Positions 18,691 through 26,919 of a stretch of DNA of 64,000 nt are shown piece by piece. Each line of letters begins with the position of its first letter. Positions within the stretch are counted from its first letter, which is position 1. Source of the DNA: Pyrodictiaceae archaeon (GTDB lineage: Archaea; Thermoproteota; Thermoprotei_A; Sulfolobales; Pyrodictiaceae). The position numbers and the translations under genes are program-made. The notes under the pieces are model-generated. The model was not told the DNA's origin, did not search any database, and was given only the letters and a program-made list of their open reading frames with translations. The stretch is taken from contig JALVSY010000007.1 in NCBI GenBank assembly GCA_027036135.1, positions 260,880 through 324,879 on the forward strand, in the 5' to 3' direction.

Positions 18691-19827
18691 CTAGGTTGGT
18701 GGGTGCGAGCTGGGCGTTACTGCTGGGAAGTCGATTATCTTTGCCTTGTGTAGCTTTCCTCTGCGCTCAACCATTACGCTCATACCCATTAGGGCGTGAC
18801 GGGCATCTATGTATGCTTGTGCGAGGCTTCTCCGCAAGATAGGGCTATACGCACCGCTTGTCACATAGCCTATCTCAACACCCTCTATGTATATCTTATC
18901 GCCTTGCCTAGGCACTATCCTGGACTTCTTACCTAGACGGAGCCCTACGCGGACACGGTCAGCGCCTCTCCGCAGCGCCTCGCGGAGAGCCCTGCAGCCT
19001 AGACAATTCTCCTTGGGCCCTGGCTGGAAGACCCACCAATACCTAGCCTCCACGGGATTTATTGTCTCATCTATCTCGTGCCCATAGAGGACAAAGCCTA
19101 CCTCCATTCGGAGACTATCACGGGCACCTAGTCCACAGAGCTTGCCGTTGAGCCGTGGTAGTAGCTCTGCCGCCTTCCTGAGAATTTTCTCGCCCTCTCC
19201 CACCTCGGCTATTATCTCGAAGCCATCCTCTCCTGTCCAACCACTCCTCGAGACTATGAGCGCCCTAGCCTTAGCGGCTCCTAGCTCAACATTCCTCAAA
19301 AACCTCATAGCGCTTAGCTCGAGCACATCACTGGGAGCACCCATCATCTTCATGAACTCTACTGATCGGGGCCCCTGGACGGCGAAGAGGACCCAGTCAA
19401 AGGTCTTATCCTCAATTCTCGCTGCTGCTTTGAGGCGGCCTATCCATTCCTCTATGTGGCTTAGTATCTTCTCCCTATTCGCCGCGTTCGGCACTATTAG
19501 CCAGCCATCATTGCCGAGGTTATAGGGCATTATATCGTCGCGGAACCCAGCGTTCTCGTTAAGCATCGCTGTCGGCCCAACCATCATCCCCTCCTCTGAC
19601 GATATATCCCGTGGCACTAGGTAGTCAAGCACACGTGTCGCATCAGCACCGCTTAGAACTAGTCTCCCCATATGGCTTAGATCGAAGAAGCCGAGGCTAT
19701 GTCTAACAGCAAGGTGCTCCTCTATAACACTCCCATAGTTTATTGGGGCCTCCCATCCAGCAAACTCGCCGAACTGCGCCCCCAGCTCCTTGTGCACATC
19801 ATAAAGGGGTATGCGTAGCTTAGCCAT
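18691..19827 (-). CDS. gcvT: glycine cleavage system T protein (aminomethyltransferase)
   Basis: EFAGW, EEHLAVR, FDLSHMG, SRSGWTGEDGFEI, GLGARDSLRMEVG. Start reassigned to ATG 19827 (MAKLRIPL). Confidence 0.95.
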   Translation of the reverse strand: MAKLRIPLYDVHKELGAQFGEFAGWEAPINYGSVIEEHLAVRHSLGFFDLSHMGRLVLSGADATRVLDYLVPRDISSEEGMMVGPTAMLNENAGFRDDIMPYNLGNDGWLIVPNAANREKILSHIEEWIGRLKAAARIEDKTFDWVLFAVQGPRSVEFMKMMGAPSDVLELSAMRFLRNVELGAAKARALIVSRSGWTGEDGFEIIAEVGEGEKILRKAAELLPRLNGKLCGLGARDSLRMEVGFVLYGHEIDETINPVEARYWWVFQPGPKENCLGCRALREALRRGADRVRVGLRLGKKSRIVPRQGDKIYIEGVEIGYVTSGAYSPILRRSLAQAYIDARHALMGMSVMVERRGKLHKAKIIDFPAVTPSSHPPT

Positions 19828-19913
19828 ACGAGTCGTACACCAAGGCTTAGGAGAACCAGTACCAGGGATTGTAAGTGCTTCCCCGCATAGGACCCCGGTT
19901 AGTGAAGGGAGAC

Positions 19914-20006
19914 GGCTCGGGGAGGGGGCCACTTCCTCAACAAGCCACGGCCAGTTACCAAGCCGTGGCCTCAGGCTAGGGGGATCCCCCAGGCTCCCTC
20001 ACAGCC
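19914..20006 (-). ncRNA. C/D box guide sRNA with hairpin insertions
   Basis: C GTGAGGG (20002-19996), D' CTGA (19974-71), 8-bp hairpin, C' TTGAGGA (19940-34), D CCGA (19920-17), terminal GGC/GCC. Guides are antisense to CTAGGGGGA and GGAGGGGGCCAC (recalled crenarchaeal 16S). Confidence 0.75.
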
Positions 20007-20011
20007 ACTTA

Positions 20012-20072
20012 GCACTATGGAGACCCAGGGCCCGTAATTAGTGCAGCGACGAAGACCCCTTGTCTCTGAGAT
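20012..20072 (+). ncRNA. possible C/D box sRNA (degenerate boxes)
   Basis: ATGGAGA (20017), GCGACGA (20046) and CTGA (20066); D' is poor. The D guide CCCTTGTCT is antisense to recalled 16S AGACAAGGG. Confidence 0.35.
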
Positions 20073-20154
20073 AGGGTAGTCTTGCTTTCTTTTCTTCGCG
20101 CTAGGTTATTTACCCTCCTGGGCTAGTGGTTGCGCTGCTTGGTGGTCAGCTTTT

Positions 20155-21318
20155 GTGGCGAGCCAAGAGCCTAGAGTGACTCCATGGGAGGCAGATGCGT
20201 TCGTAGACTATAAGCGCTTGATAGAGATCTTTGGCGCAAAGCCCCTAACTGATAGAGAGGCGTCACTGCTAGAGAGCATTGTCGGCGAGCAACACTTCAT
20301 GATCCGGCGCCGAGTGTTCTACTCTCACCGAGACTTCGACGTATTCCTCGAAGCGTATCATAGAGGAGAGCGAGCAGCACTCTATACTGGCCGGGGACCC
20401 TCGGGGCATACGCATCTAGGCCATATACTTCCATGGATATTTACTAAGTGGCTTCAAGAGAAGCTCGGCATCGACTTGTTCTTCCAGATAACGGATGATG
20501 AGAAGTTCTGGCACGAGGAGCGCTACCGCCTAGAAGACACAAACTCCATGGCTTATGAGAACATACTCGACATAATAGCCGTCGGGTTCGATCCCGATAA
20601 GACACACATACTCATAGACAGCGAGGACATAAGGTTCCTCTACCCAATAGCGGCAAGGGTAGCAAAGAAGATAACATTCTCCGTGCAAAGAGCGGCATTC
20701 GGGTTCACTGACTCAACCAACGTCGGCATGATATTCTACCCGACGCTGCAAATAGCTACGGCGTTCCTACCATCCGAGCTCTATGGAGAGCCAACCTGGG
20801 TCCTAATACCTGCCGGAATAGACCAAGACCCCTATTGGAGAATAGCCCGTGACATAGCGCCCAGCTTCGGCTACCCGAAGCCAGCACAGATACACGGGAA
20901 ACTACTACCCGGGCTAGGGCCCGAGGGGAAAATGTCGTCATCGAGGCCCGAGACAGCTGTGTACACTACCGATCCCCCCGAGGTAGCCGAGAAGAAGATA
21001 ATGAGAGCCTTTACTGGTGGGCAACCAACTCTAGAGCTTCAACGCAAGCTCGGAGGCAACCCAGACAAATGCCCCGTCTTCAAGCTCTACGAGATGATGT
21101 TCGAGCCCGATGACGAGAAGCTCAAGGAAAGGTACTGGAAGTGCAAAACAGGGCAACTGACCTGCGGCGAGTGCAAGCGAGAACTAGCAGAACGAGTAGC
21201 CAAGTTCCTAAAAGAGCACCAAAAAAGGAGAGAGAAAGCCAGGGACCTCGTAGAGAAATTCCTTATCAGGAACAAATTCGAGCCACCACCCGTGAAGTCA
21301 AGGGTAAAGAAGCGATAA
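20155..21318 (+). CDS. trpS: tryptophan--tRNA ligase
   Basis: YTGRGPSGHTHLGH (HIGH-like), IPAGIDQDPYWR and KMSSS. Confidence 0.96.
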   Translation: MASQEPRVTPWEADAFVDYKRLIEIFGAKPLTDREASLLESIVGEQHFMIRRRVFYSHRDFDVFLEAYHRGERAALYTGRGPSGHTHLGHILPWIFTKWLQEKLGIDLFFQITDDEKFWHEERYRLEDTNSMAYENILDIIAVGFDPDKTHILIDSEDIRFLYPIAARVAKKITFSVQRAAFGFTDSTNVGMIFYPTLQIATAFLPSELYGEPTWVLIPAGIDQDPYWRIARDIAPSFGYPKPAQIHGKLLPGLGPEGKMSSSRPETAVYTTDPPEVAEKKIMRAFTGGQPTLELQRKLGGNPDKCPVFKLYEMMFEPDDEKLKERYWKCKTGQLTCGECKRELAERVAKFLKEHQKRREKARDLVEKFLIRNKFEPPPVKSRVKKR

Positions 21319-21399
21319 GCCAATAACCTCCCACCCCTCCCTACCAAAACCTAATAACATGGCAGAGCCTCCCCTGGGAGTCAGAGGGGGCCCCTGGGT

Positions 21400-21517
21400 A
21401 GCCGGGTCGTCTAGCGGCCAAGGATGCGGGGCTTTGGCCGCCCACAAGGGGTACGGGTCTTCCCCCAGGGGCGGAAGAACCCCCGTGACCGGGGTTCGAA
21501 TCCCCGCCCGGCTACCA
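21400..21517 (+). tRNA. tRNA-Gln(TTG) with a 42-nt intron at 37/38 (21438-21479), CCA encoded
   Basis: Acceptor AGCCGGG/CCCGGCT, anticodon stem CGGGG/CCCCG, T arm GGGGTTCGAATCCCC. Strict BHB: CTTT pairs with GAAG, bulges GG^C and AA^C, intron stem CGCCC/GGGCG. Confidence 0.95.
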
Positions 21518-21635
21518 TTCAACCCGGCTCCCAACTCCTCTTCGCCTAGGGGGCTCTCTTCGTTCTCTGTGCTGCGCGGCGCAGCCCTTATCCCCTGCCT
21601 TAGCCGTTGTTCTTGGTTGAGGTTGTTAGGGGCTC

Positions 21636-22526
21636 ATGCCTCGTTACGAGGTTATCGGGCTCCGTCTCCCCGAGATTAGGCCTGGCGACGACCTAGCTGG
21701 ATTGATTATTGAGTCTGCTCGGCGTGAGTGCAGAGGGCTCCACGACGGAGACATCGTCGTCGTTACCTCGAAGCTGGTCATGAAGGCTAAGGGGTACTTG
21801 GTCCGACTTAGTGATGTCAGGCCTTCTCTTGCTGCACACTTGCTTAGCCGGCTTACTGGGAAGAACCCGGTTGAGGTGGAACTCGTTCTTAGGGCGTCGC
21901 GTGACCTAGTAGCGGTTGTTGATGTTCGGCCTCTAGCTAGTGCCCTCGAGAGGCTCTCCAAGGATCCAGTAAAGGCAAGGGAGCTTGTTGAGTCTATCTC
22001 CTCATTGTTCTTTGTCGTTACTCGTCAGGGACTTATAGCTATGGATGGAGGCGTTGATTACTCTAATGTTCCGCCGGGCTATGCTGTCGCGAACATAGTT
22101 GATTTCGACGAGGAGGCCCGCGTACTCCGTGACGAGCTGATCAAGAGAACCGGGAGACGTGTAGCCGTTGTCATCACGGATACCGAGACCAACACGAGTG
22201 GAAAGATTGGCACTGTTGACGTAGCCGTGGGCTCTGCTGGCATCGAGCCCGTGACCTCTGGTTTCGCTAGGAACGATATGTATGGTAGACCGAAGTTTGG
22301 TGGCATAGATATAGTTGTTGACGAGGTTGCCTCAGCTGCTGCACTACTAATGGGGCAGACAAACGAGGGTATACCAGTTGTTATTATCCGTGGACTAAGG
22401 TACAAGGAGTCCAATAAGGGTGTCTCGGACTATGCCCTAGGTTTTCGCGGTCTTGGGCTAAGAGGGTTGCTTAAGAACGCTCTTGCGAGGATTATTTATC
22501 GGCTCCTTTGGAGGCCCAATGCCTAG
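21636..22526 (+). CDS. coenzyme F420-0:L-glutamate ligase (CofE) family protein
   Basis: LPEIRPGDDL, DIVVVTSK, GGVDYSN, VVITDT, DEVASAAALLMGQTNEGIPVVIIRG. Confidence 0.85.
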   Translation: MPRYEVIGLRLPEIRPGDDLAGLIIESARRECRGLHDGDIVVVTSKLVMKAKGYLVRLSDVRPSLAAHLLSRLTGKNPVEVELVLRASRDLVAVVDVRPLASALERLSKDPVKARELVESISSLFFVVTRQGLIAMDGGVDYSNVPPGYAVANIVDFDEEARVLRDELIKRTGRRVAVVITDTETNTSGKIGTVDVAVGSAGIEPVTSGFARNDMYGRPKFGGIDIVVDEVASAAALLMGQTNEGIPVVIIRGLRYKESNKGVSDYALGFRGLGLRGLLKNALARIIYRLLWRPNA

Positions 22527-23229
22527 TTATTAGCTCTGCTATTCCCTCAAGTGTATAGGTACTGGGTACCAAGGGGTTCTTTATGCCGAGTTGTACTAGT
22601 TTTCTCGCTGTCGTAGGCCCTATGGCTACCGGTATGAAGCTTGGCTCTCCATGGTACTTTGAGAAGAATGCCTCTGCTACACTGGGGCTAGTGAACACCA
22701 CGTAGTCAAAGTCATCAGCTACCCTAGCTGCTGTGTCAGCGAGCTTCTCTACCTTCTCTACACGGTACAATGGAACCTCATAATACCTTGTACCACTTCT
22801 TCGAAAAATCTCTACTAGCTCGGGGGTAGCCTTCTCGGAGCGAGCTAAGAGGACGCATCCCGGCTTATGCTTCCTTACGAGCTCTTCTGCGAGCGAGGCA
22901 CCAGTATAGCTCTCTGGGACTAGGCTTGGTTCTAGGCCTAGCTCGGCGCGGAGCCTCTCCGCTGTCCGCGGCCCAACTACTGCTATACGTAGTCCTCCTC
23001 TGGCCGCATTGAGCAGGTGCTCCCTGATGCTTCTCAGCATGTATGGTGCGCGTGGACTCGTGAGTACAAGCCAGTCGCACTCGTCTACTCTCTCCAGTAT
23101 TTCTCTAAGCGCTTTCTGGTTAGGGACCACTCTTAGCACGGGGATAGCGGCTACTATGCCTGCCTCGCTTAAGGGGCCTATCTCTACGGGGTGGGGGCGT
23201 AGTAGGAGTATTAGGGGTTGCTGGGGCAT
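22492..23229 (-). CDS. hemD: uroporphyrinogen-III synthase
   Basis: LVLTSP, VVGPRTA, VFTSPS, AIGPTTA; last gene of the hem cluster. Confidence 0.9.
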   Translation of the reverse strand: MPQQPLILLLRPHPVEIGPLSEAGIVAAIPVLRVVPNQKALREILERVDECDWLVLTSPRAPYMLRSIREHLLNAARGGLRIAVVGPRTAERLRAELGLEPSLVPESYTGASLAEELVRKHKPGCVLLARSEKATPELVEIFRRSGTRYYEVPLYRVEKVEKLADTAARVADDFDYVVFTSPSVAEAFFSKYHGEPSFIPVAIGPTTARKLVQLGIKNPLVPSTYTLEGIAELITRHWASKGADK

Positions 23230-23972
23230 ATTCTATCCCTCAGCTCAACTACTCTACCTACGACTATTACCGCAGGGGGCTTGACGCCCTGCTCTCTTGC
23301 CCTCTCAACTATGCCCCTGAGTCTGCCTACTATTGTTCTCTGACTTGGAAGCGAGGCATTTTCTATAATTGCTACCGGGGTTTCCGGGTCTATGCCGCCG
23401 CTAAGTAGCTCTCTAACTATCTCCCCCAGCCTCCCAACACCCATGAGTATTACTAAGGTGTCAACACTCTTCGCTATGGAGGCGTAGTTTACTCTTCGCT
23501 GCTTCTTCTCAGCAGCCTCCCTACCGGGCACAATGGCGAGGCTCGAGGCTACTAGCCGTGAGGTTGGCGGTATACAGGCGAGCTCCGGTGCCGCTATAGC
23601 GCTCGTAACCCCTGGCACGACTATGCACTTTACTCCCTTCTTGGTGAGGTAGAGGCACTCCTCTTCTCCTCTACCGAAGAGGAAGGGGTCACCACCATGT
23701 ACTCGTACAACTGTTTTGCCCTCGCAGGCTTTCTCTGCAAGTAGCTTGTTTATCTCGTCCTGTGTCAGAGCGTGGTGGCCTGGTCTCTTACCTGCGTAGA
23801 TTAGCTCGGAGCCCGGCTTAGCGCTTCTCTCTATAAACTTTATCGGTGCTAGTCGGTCATATACTATGACATCAGCTTCCCTAATGAGCCTAGCTGCCTT
23901 GATAGTTAGTAGCTCAGGATCCCCAGGCCCTGCTCCAACTATGTAGACAATTCCGTGGCCACAGCTCTCCAC
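23211..23972 (-). CDS. cobA: uroporphyrinogen-III C-methyltransferase
   Basis: VGAGPGDPELLT, GGDPFLFGRGEEE, VPGVTSA. Confidence 0.95.
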   Translation of the reverse strand: MESCGHGIVYIVGAGPGDPELLTIKAARLIREADVIVYDRLAPIKFIERSAKPGSELIYAGKRPGHHALTQDEINKLLAEKACEGKTVVRVHGGDPFLFGRGEEECLYLTKKGVKCIVVPGVTSAIAAPELACIPPTSRLVASSLAIVPGREAAEKKQRRVNYASIAKSVDTLVILMGVGRLGEIVRELLSGGIDPETPVAIIENASLPSQRTIVGRLRGIVERAREQGVKPPAVIVVGRVVELRDRICPSNP

Positions 23973-24063
23973 GAATACCCCCTTCCTCTATTCCCCTTGA
24001 TCACGATAGAGAGGAAACATCACAGGTTCCTTACTGAGAATTAGCGCTAAGCGGCTAGCTGGG

Positions 24064-24984
24064 CTAGGGGTTCTCGAGCTCTATGCCAGCTTTTCTTGCC
24101 TCTTCCCTTAGCTCTAGGGCTGCTAGTATACCAACCGATTCCGGAGTCTCCGGGCTACCTTCCACCTCAATACTTACCTTTTTCGAGCCATCAGTGCTGG
24201 CGATGGCTGCGTAGAGTCTTAGTGCTCCTTTCTCTAGCCAGGCATACCCGCCTAGTGGTACGTGGCAGCCTCCACCTGCTTTGCTTAGAAATGCTCTCTC
24301 TGCTCGTGCTAGTATCATTGTTTCTCGGTGACTAGCTCTCCCTAGTAGCTCTACTAGGTCTATGCGGTTGCCTAGTGTATAGACGCCTATTATGCCCTGG
24401 CTAGGAGCGGGTACTAGGACGTCAAGTGGTATTCTCCAATACTCTATGTCTAGGCCTAGGCGCTGAATAGCTGCCTCAGCGACAATAATTGCATCATACA
24501 TTCCCTGCTGCAGCTTCCGAAGCCTCGTATCAACATTGCCCCGGAGGGGTTTGAAGACAAGATCCCGTCTAACATGCTTGAGCATTGCTACACGGCGAGC
24601 ACTCGAGGAGCCAACTACTGCGCCGCTGGGCAAATCCCATATAGTCTTCGCGCCGCCACGCGCGACTAGTGCGTCGAAAGGAGAGTCGCGTGGCGGCGTC
24701 ATTGCCAGTACGAGGCCAGGGGTTACTTGGCTCGGCACATCCTTTAAGCTATGGACTGCTATATCGGCTTTGCCTTCTAGGACTGCTAGGTTGACCTCTT
24801 TCTCGAAGAGGCCTTTCCCGCCTATCTCTTTGAATGGCTTATCTACGTGTATGTCTCCCCTGGTCTTCACTATGACTAGCTCGTACTCGAGGCCCGGCTC
24901 TACTTTCCTTAACGTGTTTAGCGCGATCTCTGTCTGTGCGAGGCTTAACCTGCTTCCACGCGTCGCTACACGGAGCTTGGTCAT
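24064..24984 (-). CDS. hemC: hydroxymethylbilane synthase (porphobilinogen deaminase)
   Basis: TRGSRLSLAQ, GKGLFEKE, VHSLKD, RGNVDTRL, GGCHVP. Confidence 0.96.
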   Translation of the reverse strand: MTKLRVATRGSRLSLAQTEIALNTLRKVEPGLEYELVIVKTRGDIHVDKPFKEIGGKGLFEKEVNLAVLEGKADIAVHSLKDVPSQVTPGLVLAMTPPRDSPFDALVARGGAKTIWDLPSGAVVGSSSARRVAMLKHVRRDLVFKPLRGNVDTRLRKLQQGMYDAIIVAEAAIQRLGLDIEYWRIPLDVLVPAPSQGIIGVYTLGNRIDLVELLGRASHRETMILARAERAFLSKAGGGCHVPLGGYAWLEKGALRLYAAIASTDGSKKVSIEVEGSPETPESVGILAALELREEARKAGIELENP

Positions 24985-26285
24985 AGTTTTCCTTCCCCGT
25001 GTAGCTTCTTGAAGACTTCTCTTAGAGCACTGATAGTCTCCTCTACTACCTCGCTTGTATGCGCTGCGCTCGTAAACACGGCCTCCATCTGGCTAGGGGC
25101 TATGAATACACCTCTCCTCAATAGCTCCTCGTGGAGAGCTGCATAGGCCTCTTTTCTACTCTTCTGAGCATCCTCCGGCGACAATACCTCGTGCCCTGTG
25201 AAGAATATCTGGAACATGCTCTCGACATGGTTTATTGTTGCTCTCACACCGTATTCTTCTATAAGGCTGCTTAGCTCCTCTACAAGCGCTTTAGCAGCTT
25301 CTCCCGCGATACGATAGGGCTCACCAGTTTCAAGAACCTCTATCGTTGCAAGGCCCGCGGCCATCGTCGCTGGGTGGGCGTTAAAGGTGCCGGCGTTGAA
25401 TACCTTTCCTAGCGGTGTTAGCTCCTTCATTATGTGCTTCTCGGCAACGACTACCCCTATAGGCATGCCGCCGCCAACAATCTTTCCAAGAGTAGTTATA
25501 TCTCCTTTTACCCCGTAGTACTGTTGTGCCCCGCCAAGCGCGAGGCGGAACCCGGTAATTACCTCATCCATTATTAGTAGTGAGCCGTAAGTGGAGGCTA
25601 TTTCGCGCAAGGCTTTCAAGAACTCTCTCTGCGGAGGTATAACTCCAGCGTTACCGACAACAGGCTCAACTATTATAGCTGCTACGTTGTCGCCGTACTT
25701 TCTCATGAGCTTCTCAACACTCCTTGTATCATTGTACCTAGCTACAAGGGTAAGCTTTGCCACGCTATCGGGCACGCCTTTGCTAGAGGGGACACCGTAC
25801 TCGGCCGCAGCACTACCCGCACCTACTAAGACGGCGTCATGGGCGCCGTGGTAGCATCCATTAAACTTGATTATTAGATCGCGGCCCGTGAAGCCCCGAG
25901 CCAGCCTAATAGCAGTCATAGTTGCCTCTGTACCAGTGTTAACAAAACGAACCATGCCGCCGGGATGATAGTACTTCAGTATTTTCTCTGCAAGCTTTAT
26001 CTCAAGCTCATAGGGCGCACCATAGAACCATCCCTTCTCAAGCTGGCGTTGTAATGCTTCATAGACCTTGGGGTGGCGATGACCAAGGAACAAGGGGCCA
26101 TAGCCTAGGACATAGTCTATGAGGCGTTCTCCATCGACTGTATAGATGTAAGCACCCTCGGCTCTCTCAACATAGAATGGGTAAGGCTTGACAGCCGCTC
26201 TAACGGGGCTGTTTACTCCACCTGGGAATAGCTCCTGTGCTTTCCCATATAGCTCCTTGCTTCTAGCACCAGGCATGCGCGGCAA
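24981..26285 (-). CDS. hemL: glutamate-1-semialdehyde 2,1-aminomutase (start may be ATG 26276)
   Basis: PGGVNSPVRA, GCYHGAHD, DEVITGFR, GKIVGGGMP, AGTFN. Confidence 0.96.
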   Translation of the reverse strand: MPRMPGARSKELYGKAQELFPGGVNSPVRAAVKPYPFYVERAEGAYIYTVDGERLIDYVLGYGPLFLGHRHPKVYEALQRQLEKGWFYGAPYELEIKLAEKILKYYHPGGMVRFVNTGTEATMTAIRLARGFTGRDLIIKFNGCYHGAHDAVLVGAGSAAAEYGVPSSKGVPDSVAKLTLVARYNDTRSVEKLMRKYGDNVAAIIVEPVVGNAGVIPPQREFLKALREIASTYGSLLIMDEVITGFRLALGGAQQYYGVKGDITTLGKIVGGGMPIGVVVAEKHIMKELTPLGKVFNAGTFNAHPATMAAGLATIEVLETGEPYRIAGEAAKALVEELSSLIEEYGVRATINHVESMFQIFFTGHEVLSPEDAQKSRKEAYAALHEELLRRGVFIAPSQMEAVFTSAAHTSEVVEETISALREVFKKLHGEGKL

Positions 26286-26382
26286 ACCCCCTCAAGTACG
26301 CCCAGGGACGAGGGAGCAAGCTATAATTGTGCCCCCAAACAAGTACAAAGACCTCTCATATGATATGTCTTTTTATTATCTG

Positions 26383-26460
26383 AGGGGATGTGGTGAGGGT
26401 CACGGGTAAGAGCCCCCGCGCTAATAGGGGCTATGAATTAAAGGCCCGTAGCCGAACCCT
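26383..26460 (+). ncRNA. C/D box guide sRNA candidate, probably tRNA-directed
   Basis: C GTGGTGA (26390), guide GGGTCACGGGT, D' AAGA, GCCCC/GGGGC hairpin, C' ATGAATT, guide AAAGGCCCGTAG, D CCGA (26452), terminal AGGG/CCCT. Confidence 0.55.
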
Positions 26461-26605
26461 CGTTGCCGCATCTCGCCTTGGATATGCTTGTGTTATTCTT
26501 ATCGATGCTTTCTTACAGATGTAATCAAATACTTATATACTAGTGAATGGTAATAAGAAATACGGGGCTAAAGCTCCTCAATAAGTGATAATTAGGTGAG
26601 CAGTG

Positions 26606-26767
26606 ATGCCAGGAGCACGCCCGTGCCCTGTTTGCGGTAAAGGCATGTTTAGGAGGAAAGTGCTGCTAGAGCACATTAAGCACGTGCATGGCTGGTACTT
26701 TAAGGAATTCATAGAGCCTAAGGGGAAGGGAGGAGGCGGTGGCAAGAAGAGGAAGGAGAAGTCCTAG
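26606..26767 (+). CDS. small C2H2 zinc-finger protein (53 aa), absent from the ORF track
   Basis: MPGARPCPVCGKGMFRRKVLLEHIKHVHGWYFKEFIEPKGKGGGGGKKRKEKS*: C-X2-C-X12-H-X4-H. AGGTGAG RBS, CTTATATA TATA-like box near 26533 and T-rich sequence after the stop. Confidence 0.8.
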   Translation: MPGARPCPVCGKGMFRRKVLLEHIKHVHGWYFKEFIEPKGKGGGGGKKRKEKS

Positions 26768-26919
26768 CATCCTTTTCTGCGCTTTTTGTCTCATCTCATA
26801 CAATTCTCATAGATTTTATTATCTAAGTTCTTATCCCCCTGGAACACTTGTCTGCGTTGTTCCCGCAACCCTTAATATAAGAGCTATGCGTCTCATCTTT
26901 CCTACTTGGTTAGGCTCTA

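Noticed and set aside
19828-20010. Glycine riboswitch, or homology to the TnpB-associated RNA, upstream of gcvT (shared short words GGCTCGGGG, CCCCCAGGCT, TCACAGCC)
   Set aside because: The matches are short, GC-rich and partly explained by C/D boxes with terminal stems; the region is better explained as a 16S-directed C/D sRNA.
21298-21679. ORFs across tRNA-Gln (and 56322-56507 across tRNA-Thr)
   Set aside because: Shadow ORFs of GC-rich tRNA genes.
26295-26325. SRP RNA helix-8-like CAGG...GGGAGCA
   Set aside because: No CCC-GGAA-GGG hairpin and no surrounding ~300-nt SRP structure; this is the hemL leader/promoter region.
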